In this document: piece after piece, positions 1 to 7,017 of the stretch
How the letters are laid out: the number at the start of each line of letters is the position of its first letter
Position numbering within the stretch: position 1 is the first letter of the stretch
Source: Candidatus Saccharimonadota bacterium
GTDB lineage: Bacteria; Patescibacteriota; Microgenomatia; UBA1406; GWC2-37-13
Direction: 5' to 3'
NCBI GenBank assembly: GCA_016699265.1
Contig: CP064967.1
Coordinates: 896,689 to 928,688, forward strand
Length of the DNA: 32,000 bases
Notes under the pieces: generated by a model
Seen by the model: the letters and a program-made list of their open reading frames with translations, nothing else
Told to the model about the DNA's origin: nothing
Database searches by the model: none
Position numbers and translations under genes: made by a program

Positions 1-51
1 CCCACATCCAACGCATATCTTCGGAAATAGCAAATCCTTGATAAAATGCAT
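1..51 (-). CDS. N-terminal fragment of a ComF-family (ComFC-like phosphoribosyltransferase) protein, runs off the left edge
   Basis: Minus-strand ATG at 51..49 is followed by MHFIKDLLFPKICVGCG. LLFP-x2-C-x2-C is the usual N-terminal zinc-finger start of ComFC-type proteins. Only 17 codons are visible. Confidence 0.3.
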   Translation of the reverse strand, partial: MHFIKDLLFPKICVGCG

Positions 52-201
52 GAAATAAAAGACATCTTAATAATAGAGTTACAGAACAACAAAATCAATC
101 AACTTCGTTCAAATAAATTAGGGCACTTCCTGACGGAATCAACACAAGTTGCAAATTTGAGGCTAAAAATTGACACTGATGTGGTTTATGGGTAGTTTGA
201 T

Positions 202-258
202 ACACTATTTATACTACAATTAGTGCTTGACAAGTGCTCGGTACACCATATATATTGT
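202..258 (+). promoter_or_regulatory. nrdR promoter with candidate NrdR boxes
   Basis: TTGACA at 227..232, a 17-18 nt spacer, then ATATAT/TATATT at 250..256. The 16-mer acaccatatatattgt (243..258) matches 14/16 positions of the NrdR-box consensus acaCwAtATaTwGtgt and overlaps the -10. A weaker box, acactatttatactac, lies at 202..217. Confidence 0.45.
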
Positions 259-279
259 TTTTGCGCTATAATATTACTT

Positions 280-726
280 ATGATATGTCCGTTTTGTAAG
301 AACGCCGATACAGAGGTCATAGAGACAAGAGTGTCAGAACAGGGTAATGTTATTCGCCGAAGAAGGAACTGTCCTAAGTGCGAGAAGCGTTTCACTACCT
401 ATGAGCGAATAGAGGAGATTCCGATGCTAGTTATCAAAAGAGATGGTAAGCGAGAACGATTTAACCCTGAGAAATTAAGAGACGGAATTCTAAGAGCTAC
501 GGGAAAGACAACGGTCACCGCAGGGCAGATTGATGAAATAGTTTCAAATGTAGAGTCTGAGATGAGACAAAAGGATGAGACCGAGATCGACAGCAAGATA
601 ATCGGAAACTTGGTTGCTAAGTACCTTAAGAAGCTCGATAAAGTTGCGTACATCCGGTTCGCGTCGGTATTTAGACGCTTTGTGGACGTAGAAGACTTTG
701 ATAAAGAAGTACAAAAGCTTAAGTAA
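280..726 (+). CDS. nrdR: Transcriptional repressor NrdR (zinc ribbon + ATP-cone)
   Basis: ORF 223..726 trimmed to ATG 280. MICPFCKNADTEVIETR...CPKCEKRFTTYER is the zinc ribbon, followed by an ATP-cone; colinear with NrdR over its full length. Confidence 0.95.
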   Translation: MICPFCKNADTEVIETRVSEQGNVIRRRRNCPKCEKRFTTYERIEEIPMLVIKRDGKRERFNPEKLRDGILRATGKTTVTAGQIDEIVSNVESEMRQKDETEIDSKIIGNLVAKYLKKLDKVAYIRFASVFRRFVDVEDFDKEVQKLK

Positions 727-854
727 TTGCTTTTTGGTTATAGCGTTATATTTACATACATATAGCACTACAGCAAGATGACAATTGTAGGCGATAAGGG
801 CGACCTAAAAATATCATTGCGACAATTATTAATTTTAGTATTATATAAACCCTT

Positions 855-2039
855 ATGAAACTCACCGGAATCTCACAAAAAGCATTCCTCGATCGATATT
901 CGTTAAAAGATAAAAAAGGTAAACCTGTTGAAAAGACACCGGACCAAATGTGGCGTCGAATTGCAAAGTCAGTTGCCGAAATTGAAAAAAAACCTGCACG
1001 AAAACGTTGGGAAAAGGAGTTTTATGATGCTATGGACAACTTCAAGTATGTCCCAGGCGGACGAATCTTAGCCGGTGCTGGTACGGGATACGATGTAAGT
1101 TTTTATAACTGTTTTGTTATTCCATCTCCAAAAGATTCACGTGGAGGCATTTTAGACACTCTAAAACAGATGGTTGAGATTATGGCTCACGGAGGTGGAG
1201 TAGGAATCAATCTTTCATCACTTCGACCAAAAGGCGCTCGTGTTAGAAAAGTAAATGGTTTCTCCTCAGGGCCTATGAACTGGGCTGAGCTTTTCTCACT
1301 CGCCACTAAGGATATCATTCAGCAGGGAGGAACCCGACGCGGCGCTCTTATGCTTATGCTGTGGGACTGGCACCCTGATATTGAGGAGTTTATCACCGTT
1401 AAGCAAGATCTGAATAGAATTAATGGAGCCAATCTTTCACTCTGCATTTCCGATAGCTTTATGGATGCGGTAAAAAAAGATGCTGATTGGCCATTGGTTT
1501 TCCCCGACGTCACAGATCCTGAGTACGATGAAAAATGGAACGGCGACCTTGAGGTCTGGAAGAAGCTAGGAAAAAAAGTTAAGGTGCAACGAGTTGTGAA
1601 AGCTCGCTATATCTGGGATCTTATTGCGGAGGCAGCATGGAAGTCTGCAGAACCAGGAGTAGTGTTTATGGAACGCTACAACAAGATGCACAACAACTAC
1701 TACTGGAATCGCATCAACTGCGTAAATCCGTGTGGTGAAGAGGGTCTCCCAGCATGGGGAGTCTGTAATCTTGGCTCAATTAATCTATCGGCCTTTGTAA
1801 GTGGCAACGATATTGATAAAAAGGGAGTCTTTGACTATAAAGAACTCAAAAAGACAGTTGCTCAGGCAGTGCGTTTTCAGGATAACGTCGTCGATATGGA
1901 TCCGTATATATTTGAGGGGATCCGTGAAACACAGTTGAATGGAGAAAGAAGGATTGGACTTGGCACAATGGGCCTTGGGGACACATTAATCAAGATGCAC
2001 ATTAGATATGGATCACCCGGAGAGTCTCGAGTTCATTGA
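855..2039 (+). CDS. nrdJ: Adenosylcobalamin-dependent (class II) ribonucleotide reductase, N-terminal part (frame broken near 2016)
   Basis: Carries the RNR motifs NCFVIPSP, GGGVGINLSSLRPKGA, NPCGEEGLP and CNLGSINLSAF. The frame ends 7 codons after an apparent extra C in the CCC run at 2016..2018. Confidence 0.9.
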   Translation: MKLTGISQKAFLDRYSLKDKKGKPVEKTPDQMWRRIAKSVAEIEKKPARKRWEKEFYDAMDNFKYVPGGRILAGAGTGYDVSFYNCFVIPSPKDSRGGILDTLKQMVEIMAHGGGVGINLSSLRPKGARVRKVNGFSSGPMNWAELFSLATKDIIQQGGTRRGALMLMLWDWHPDIEEFITVKQDLNRINGANLSLCISDSFMDAVKKDADWPLVFPDVTDPEYDEKWNGDLEVWKKLGKKVKVQRVVKARYIWDLIAEAAWKSAEPGVVFMERYNKMHNNYYWNRINCVNPCGEEGLPAWGVCNLGSINLSAFVSGNDIDKKGVFDYKELKKTVAQAVRFQDNVVDMDPYIFEGIRETQLNGERRIGLGTMGLGDTLIKMHIRYGSPGESRVH

Positions 2040-3282
2040 GGAAATCTATAGACTTATTAGAGATGAAGCGTATAGGGCATCTATGGAAATCTCCCGTGAA
2101 AAAGGTTCGTTCCCTAAGTTCGAACCAGTTCCATTCTCTAAAGGTCTTTTCATTAAACAGCTACCTCAAGATCTACAGACTCAGATTAAAAAATACGGAG
2201 TCAGAAACTCTGTAATTTTGATGCAGGCTCCTACTGGAACAACGGCTCTCGTAGCCAACACTACCTCAGGAATTGAGCCTGTTTTCGAGTATGAGTTTAC
2301 AAGAAAGTCCCGTCTTGGCGAAGACATTATCAGACATCACCTATACGATCAGTGGTTTAAAAAGCACGGTGAAGCATTCAAGAAAGGTGAGATCGAAAAA
2401 CCAGAATACTTTGTATCCGCAAACGATCTTTCACCTGAGGACCATGTAAGAGTTCAGGCTATTATTCAGAAATACGTTGATGCCTCTATCTCAAAAACGG
2501 TTAACGCTCCCAACTCTCAAACAGTTGAGGATGTTAAGAGGATCTATACCTTAGCCTATGATCTTGGCTGCAAAGGGATTGCATATATGAGAGACGGATC
2601 GAGACAGGGCGTCTTAATAAGGAAAGAGGAACCAGTCGCAGTAAAAGCCGTTGAGGTTTCGACTACTCCACAGTATGCGGTTCACCCACGACCTATGGTC
2701 GTACAGGGCTCAACCTATCGTATGAATACCCCCGTTGGAACCGCCTTTATCACCATTAACACAAATGGTGGTGGGGAGCCTCTTGAGGTCTTTATTAATG
2801 TGGGCAAAGCCGGAACAGATGTCTATGCGATGGCAGAGGGATTGGGCAGAATCGTCTCATTAGCCCTTCGTTTTTCGTCACATCTTGCTCCTCATGTACG
2901 AATTAAGGAGATAGTTGATCAGTTAGGTAGTATTGGTGGAGCTCGTGCAATGGGCTTTGGGAAAGAAAGAATCAAAAGTCTTCCTGATGCTGTTGCCAAA
3001 GCACTCGCGATGCACTATCACCTAGGAGCCTATGCTGAAGCCCCAAATGCAAATGGTCACAGTAATGGAAATGGCCACGTTACAAATGGACATGGGTCTA
3101 ATCATGATGAGCCGAAACTTGTAACTGAGGTTACTCAGCCGATGCTTACAGCTGTTGCTCCAGTACCACCGCCAGTCGTCCACACTCAAAGCTTTGATAT
3201 ATGTCCGAGCTGCGGTGAAGCCTTATTGGCTCATGAGGAAGGTTGTACCAAGTGCTATGGATGCGGATTTAGCGCATGCTAG
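2008..3282 (+). CDS. nrdJ: Class II ribonucleotide reductase, C-terminal part (continues 855..2039 in the +1 frame)
   Basis: PESLEFIEEIY... follows directly on ...IRYGS of the upstream ORF once one base is removed. Ends with the Cys cluster CPSCGEALLAHEEGCTKCYGCGFSAC, typical of class II RNR tails. Confidence 0.9.
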   Translation: MDHPESLEFIEEIYRLIRDEAYRASMEISREKGSFPKFEPVPFSKGLFIKQLPQDLQTQIKKYGVRNSVILMQAPTGTTALVANTTSGIEPVFEYEFTRKSRLGEDIIRHHLYDQWFKKHGEAFKKGEIEKPEYFVSANDLSPEDHVRVQAIIQKYVDASISKTVNAPNSQTVEDVKRIYTLAYDLGCKGIAYMRDGSRQGVLIRKEEPVAVKAVEVSTTPQYAVHPRPMVVQGSTYRMNTPVGTAFITINTNGGGEPLEVFINVGKAGTDVYAMAEGLGRIVSLALRFSSHLAPHVRIKEIVDQLGSIGGARAMGFGKERIKSLPDAVAKALAMHYHLGAYAEAPNANGHSNGNGHVTNGHGSNHDEPKLVTEVTQPMLTAVAPVPPPVVHTQSFDICPSCGEALLAHEEGCTKCYGCGFSAC

Positions 3283-3284
3283 AG

Positions 3285-3408
3285 TGGTTGAAAAGTTATG
3301 AAGGTTGTAAAGTTAAAAAGCTTGTTAACTGGTTAATTAGTTAGCCGGTTAACCAGCATACTCACAAACAAACCTTTAAAAACCTGTAACTTTCTGAACT
3401 TTTAAAAT
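3285..3408. repeat. GTT/AAC-word imperfect palindrome filling the nrdJ-pduO spacer
   Basis: Left half has GTT about every 8 nt (ggttgaaa agttatgaa ggttgtaaa gttaaaaa...). Right half has AAC words (caaac aaac ctttaaaaac ctgtaac tttctgaac). The arms are approximate reverse complements. Shares agttatgaag and aaaacctgtaactttct[g/t]aac with the element at 21992..22120. Confidence 0.7.
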
Positions 3409-3413
3409 TATTT

Positions 3414-3923
3414 ATGGCTATTTATACGCGTACTGGGGATAAAGGGACGACCGGTCTCTTCGGAGGGAAGAGGGTCTCCAAAGCTAGTGTGCTGATTGAG
3501 GCTGCGGGAGTAATTGACGAACTTACAACGTATGTGGGTTATGTTGCGCAAGCAATTCCCGGCGTTGAAACACAAAAATCTTTAGTAGAAATACAAAAAG
3601 ATCTTTACAGAATAATGTCGGTTGTCGCCGGAGCAAATATACCTATAGCGTATCTCGAGGGTAGAGCCAAAGATTTTGAACTAAACATAGATAGAATCAC
3701 GCTAAAGCTGTCAAATCTCAATAGCTTTATATTACCTGGTGGAACCAAAGATGCGTCCCTATTTCATATCCTTAGAGTATTGACTCGCAGGGCAGAAAGA
3801 GCAGTTGTTTCGGCAAAATCTGACGCTATAATAATTCAGTACTTAAATCGGTTATCCGATTTATTTTTTACATTAGCACGGAAATACGCAAAAGGAAAAG
3901 AAATTAAAATAAAAACTTTGTAA
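3414..3923 (+). CDS. pduO: PduO-type ATP:cob(I)alamin adenosyltransferase
   Basis: N-terminus is MAIYTRTGDKGTTGLFGG, the family signature. The 169-aa length and helical-bundle C-terminus (LTRRAERAVV, LNRLSDLFF) also fit. Confidence 0.9.
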   Translation: MAIYTRTGDKGTTGLFGGKRVSKASVLIEAAGVIDELTTYVGYVAQAIPGVETQKSLVEIQKDLYRIMSVVAGANIPIAYLEGRAKDFELNIDRITLKLSNLNSFILPGGTKDASLFHILRVLTRRAERAVVSAKSDAIIIQYLNRLSDLFFTLARKYAKGKEIKIKTL

Positions 3924-3925
3924 AT

Positions 3926-4057
3926 GCTGGTTTGGGGAATCCCGTGTAATTCGGGAACAGTGCCGCTACGGTGATGCCGGTGGTCAGCAATCAGGAGTCA
4001 GATCTCAGAACTGACGACTGAAAACTGAAAACTAGTTAGTCCGACTACCAAACAAGC
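3926..4057 (+). promoter_or_regulatory. Cobalamin riboswitch (candidate) in the leader of 4083..5204
   Basis: 3934..3976 reads ggggaatcccgtgtaattcgggaacagtgccgctacggtgatg. This is colinear with the conserved core of cobalamin riboswitches (AGGGAA-NCC-GUG-NAA-UC-GG-AC-G-CCGC-AC-GU-A, compare the E. coli btuB leader). AGTCAG, the start of a B12 box, lies at 3996..4001. A closing helix pairs gctggtttgg (3926..3935) with ccaaacaagc (4048..4057), 9 of 10 bp. The 3' half of the B12 box is divergent. Confidence 0.6.
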
Positions 4058-4082
4058 TCAAAACCCCGAGCAGGGAATATAT

Positions 4083-5204
4083 ATGACAGTAGAACAAGTA
4101 CGACCTCGCGTCGAAGAAGCTAAGCCTCAGACAACCTCAGATATTTTTAAGTACTACAGCGTTCCCAACGAAATCGCGTTTCTTGACAGAGTTCGTCAAG
4201 GTGGTGTTGGCCTGCAAGATTCTGACATATATGTCCAGGAAAATGTCGAGCGCTTTTTAGGAGAGTTTGCGGGGCAGGTCCCTTACACTAGAATTTCATA
4301 TCTGCAGAAGGACGGCCTACTAAAGTATGCTGGAATGGACCTTACCGAATCGTACAGGAGTACTAGCAAAAACAGTGATAGGGAGCTTGATGAATGTATC
4401 GGGTATGAAAAAATTCAGGCAGGATTTGGAAACGGCGCTCATACGGCTGTGTGGATTAGCCCACCCAAAATCGCGGACTACGGGTTTGTATTCTTCTTTC
4501 AGAGAGACCCACAAAATCCAGAACATGTCCGTGAATTCATACTTAGATATAATGAGCGTAAGGGCGATCTGGCAACGAGCCAAAAGATTCTGGACAGGAT
4601 CGATCCACTCCAGTCGTTCTCAACAGATAGAGATTATCTGCAGCGGCCACACATATTTTTCGAACAAGACGGTAACCATCCAACTCTACAAACTATCATG
4701 GCTGGTGTTGGAATTTCTTCCAAGCAGATTGAAAGCTCCAAACAATTTGAAGAGCGAGTCCGCGCCGAACTTGGTGGCTGGACCAATCAATATTCTCAAG
4801 CAGTTTCTCATGGAGATGTTGATCTGGCTAAATTAGTACTCCGATCGATTTATAACCGAGCATGCGAAATTAAAAAAGAGATCGATGGTGGTGCGGGCAC
4901 ATATGCTCCACCTAGGGCGCTTCCTATTGACGGCACTTTACTACACTTTTATGCGAAGCAGGAAAGACCAGTGAGTCAGGGGAGCTGCCCTGTCTCACAA
5001 ACCAACTTTGAAGATCCTTTTAGTCCAACCTCTATCATGGACCAACTCGTTGCAGGAAATACACTAAACAACGTCGTCACGGAGACTCAACATTTCACAT
5101 GCCCAAACTGTAATCACAAAGCAGATGGACCCGTAGGCGATCAGTGTCCTTCATGCAGTATTACCCGCGCTCAATGGGCAGAAAAGGGCAATAAGGTCTG
5201 TTAA
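4083..5204 (+). CDS. Orphan cytoplasmic protein with C-terminal zinc ribbon (CPNC-x11-CPSC), riboswitch-controlled
   Basis: 373-aa ORF with no hydrophobic segment and no family I recognise. The C-terminus is HFTCPNCNHKADGPVGDQCPSC. Starts 25 nt after the predicted riboswitch closing helix. Confidence 0.75.
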   Translation: MTVEQVRPRVEEAKPQTTSDIFKYYSVPNEIAFLDRVRQGGVGLQDSDIYVQENVERFLGEFAGQVPYTRISYLQKDGLLKYAGMDLTESYRSTSKNSDRELDECIGYEKIQAGFGNGAHTAVWISPPKIADYGFVFFFQRDPQNPEHVREFILRYNERKGDLATSQKILDRIDPLQSFSTDRDYLQRPHIFFEQDGNHPTLQTIMAGVGISSKQIESSKQFEERVRAELGGWTNQYSQAVSHGDVDLAKLVLRSIYNRACEIKKEIDGGAGTYAPPRALPIDGTLLHFYAKQERPVSQGSCPVSQTNFEDPFSPTSIMDQLVAGNTLNNVVTETQHFTCPNCNHKADGPVGDQCPSCSITRAQWAEKGNKVC

Positions 5205-5213
5205 GATGAAAGA

Positions 5214-5606
5214 ATGGATGACTCTCACACGCCACTAAAAAATCCTTTGATAAGCACCCCTACAAGCGGTAAGGAGACGGAACCTGCACCACACCAACCT
5301 CAAGAAATGATGGAGCCGATACGAGCTCCTGAGATTGGTCCCGAGGTATCTGCATATATTGAACAGCGAGACAAAATGACAGTCCCTCCCGATCTTAAGA
5401 GTATGGGAGTTCGGGCAGCCGATAATGTTCATGGATCTACAGGTCCAGCATTCCCAATATCTGACGAAAAGATTGAGGAAGGTCTTCACCAACCGGTCAA
5501 CTCTTCATGGAGATGGCTATCGGAGACTTTAGTCTATCACCTGAAACAACTTCATCTAACAATTAAGAAAGTACACGGCCACATAGTACGAGTTGCACGC
5601 GGCTAA
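5214..5606 (+). CDS. Orphan 130-aa protein, probably co-transcribed with 4083..5204
   Basis: ORF starts 9 nt after the upstream stop. The N-terminal half is Pro/Glu-rich and the C-terminal half is basic. No recognisable motif. Confidence 0.55.
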   Translation: MDDSHTPLKNPLISTPTSGKETEPAPHQPQEMMEPIRAPEIGPEVSAYIEQRDKMTVPPDLKSMGVRAADNVHGSTGPAFPISDEKIEEGLHQPVNSSWRWLSETLVYHLKQLHLTIKKVHGHIVRVARG

Positions 5607-5609
5607 TGT

Positions 5610-5693
5610 CGTATATCGTATAAGGTATTTGGTATTTTGTATAAAATCCCACGCAAAAACATACGAGATACGTCATACGGTATACGAAATACG
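5610..5693. repeat. GTAT/ATAC heptad palindrome, empty copy 1
   Basis: Built as 5 x NNNGTAT-type heptads (cgtatat cgtataa ggtattt ggtattt tgtataa), a 17-nt centre, then 5 x ATAC heptads (catacga gatacgt catacgg tatacga aatacg). Fills the spacer between convergent stop codons. Confidence 0.85.
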
Positions 5694-5696
5694 AGT

Positions 5697-6020
5697 TTAT
5701 GAAGATTTCGCTTTTTGAATTTCTTTTAGGAATCCTTCTTTACCCATTGCACCAACGAACTGATTTACAACCTTACCATCCTTGAAGACGATGAATGTAG
5801 GAATGGAAAAAACGGAGAACTGCGACGCCACTTCAGAGTTCTGATCAACATCGATCTTTACAAAAGAAACGTCCTTAACCTCCTCAGATAACTGCTCGAT
5901 AATTGGCTCTGTCATCTTACATGGCCCACACCAAACTGCATGAAAGTCTACAAAAACAAAACCTTTTCGATCTAGTACGTCTTGTTTAAAAGTTGCCTGC
6001 GTTATATCCTTCGTGCTCAT
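5697..6020 (-). CDS. trxA: Thioredoxin
   Basis: WCGPC active site. ORF 5697..6098 trimmed to MSTKDITQATFKQ (ATG at 6020), which gives the canonical ~107-aa length and has aaagga upstream. Confidence 0.9.
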   Translation of the reverse strand: MSTKDITQATFKQDVLDRKGFVFVDFHAVWCGPCKMTEPIIEQLSEEVKDVSFVKIDVDQNSEVASQFSVFSIPTFIVFKDGKVVNQFVGAMGKEGFLKEIQKAKSS

Positions 6021-6042
6021 ATCCTTTATACTAACATTTGGC

Positions 6043-7017
6043 ATGCAAAATCGCAATAACCAAATAGACATTCTTAGAGGTTTCGGCATCATGGCCATGA
6101 TTCTAATTCATGTCACGGCGTGGCATAAATCAGATGTCATAGCTTCCAGTTTATGGAACATTTCACAGTTTGCCGTGCAGGTATTTATCTTCTGTTCTGG
6201 TTATCTTTTTTTCCTTAAAGAGGGAGCCGGAACAACCATTCATTCCTTAGGCTATTTCACAAAAAGAGCTACGCGCCTACTTATTCCTTACTTTGTCTTT
6301 CTTGTTTTTTATCTGCCACTTGAGTTTATTGAGGCACCAAAAAGATTGTCTTTAACTTACGTGTTAAAAAGTCTCACTCTCACCGGAGGAACAGATCTCA
6401 ACTGGATAATTCTTTTATTTTTAATACTCGCAGTCCTCATGCCTTTGCTATTATTTCTTCTTCGCAAACACCGCTTTATGTTTTTCATCTACCTTCTCTT
6501 CGCCACTTTCTCTGCTGCTTTATTTTTAAAATTAGAAATTAAAAATTACAAATTCATCGCATGGCTTCCTTGGTCTCTCATGATTCTCGTATCGTGGTTT
6601 TTTGTTAAGTTTCATAATCGTCTGACACTGCTCTATGTATTCATTTCCAGTACGGTAACCGCGCTCATATTATCCTTTTATCTTTCGGTTCAAAATCATT
6701 CATTGGTATTTTTTGATAATAAGTATCCGCCAAATCTTTACTATCTTCTGTATGGAGTTGCATGGATTTCTGGTCTCTGGTTTGTTTTTAGCTTTATAGA
6801 TCTGGAGAAAAAAAGATGGGACATTGTACGCATCTTCAGCGTTAATTCCTACTCAATATATTTCATTCATTTCTGGATCTTTACATTTATTAGGGTCGTT
6901 CTAAAGTCAGATCTTCACTGGGGATATTTATTTGCGATAGTTATGATCTCATCTGTTCTGGTACAAAAGACCTTTAACGCATTCGCCAAAGCTAGGACTA
7001 CCTTGTCTCCACGTTAA
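6043..7017 (+). CDS. Acyltransferase-3 family integral membrane protein
   Basis: MQNRNNQIDILRGFGIMAMILIHV is the family N-terminal signature, followed by about 10 hydrophobic segments. Start moved to ATG 6043 to avoid overlap with trxA. Confidence 0.8.
   Translation: MQNRNNQIDILRGFGIMAMILIHVTAWHKSDVIASSLWNISQFAVQVFIFCSGYLFFLKEGAGTTIHSLGYFTKRATRLLIPYFVFLVFYLPLEFIEAPKRLSLTYVLKSLTLTGGTDLNWIILLFLILAVLMPLLLFLLRKHRFMFFIYLLFATFSAALFLKLEIKNYKFIAWLPWSLMILVSWFFVKFHNRLTLLYVFISSTVTALILSFYLSVQNHSLVFFDNKYPPNLYYLLYGVAWISGLWFVFSFIDLEKKRWDIVRIFSVNSYSIYFIHFWIFTFIRVVLKSDLHWGYLFAIVMISSVLVQKTFNAFAKARTTLSPR

Noticed and set aside
727-854. NrdR boxes or other operators in the nrdR-nrdJ spacer (e.g. the direct repeat gacaatt at about 779 and 819)
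   Set aside because: No 16-mer there matches the NrdR-box consensus better than about 10/16. The short direct repeat alone is not enough to call a site.
2008-2039. Programmed +1 ribosomal frameshift in nrdJ
   Set aside because: I see no slippery-site or stimulatory structure. Three other genes in the window show the same homopolymer-type break, which favours indel error or decay. It cannot be excluded without reads.
3040-3120. Asn/Gly/His-rich insertion in the NrdJ C-terminal region as an intein or a second frameshift
   Set aside because: It stays in frame, is only about 25 residues long, lacks intein splice motifs, and reads as a low-complexity linker before the zinc-ribbon tail.
4320-4836. 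ORFs 4327..4836 (+) and 4320..4583 (-) overlapping the 4083..5204 gene
   Set aside because: Both are alternative-frame or antisense shadows fully inside a longer ORF. Their translations are low-quality (Ser/Leu/Arg-rich) with no motifs.
5610-5693. Heptad repeats as a CRISPR array or minisatellite
   Set aside because: The period is only 7-8 nt with no spacers, the two halves are inverted rather than direct, and no cas genes are present.
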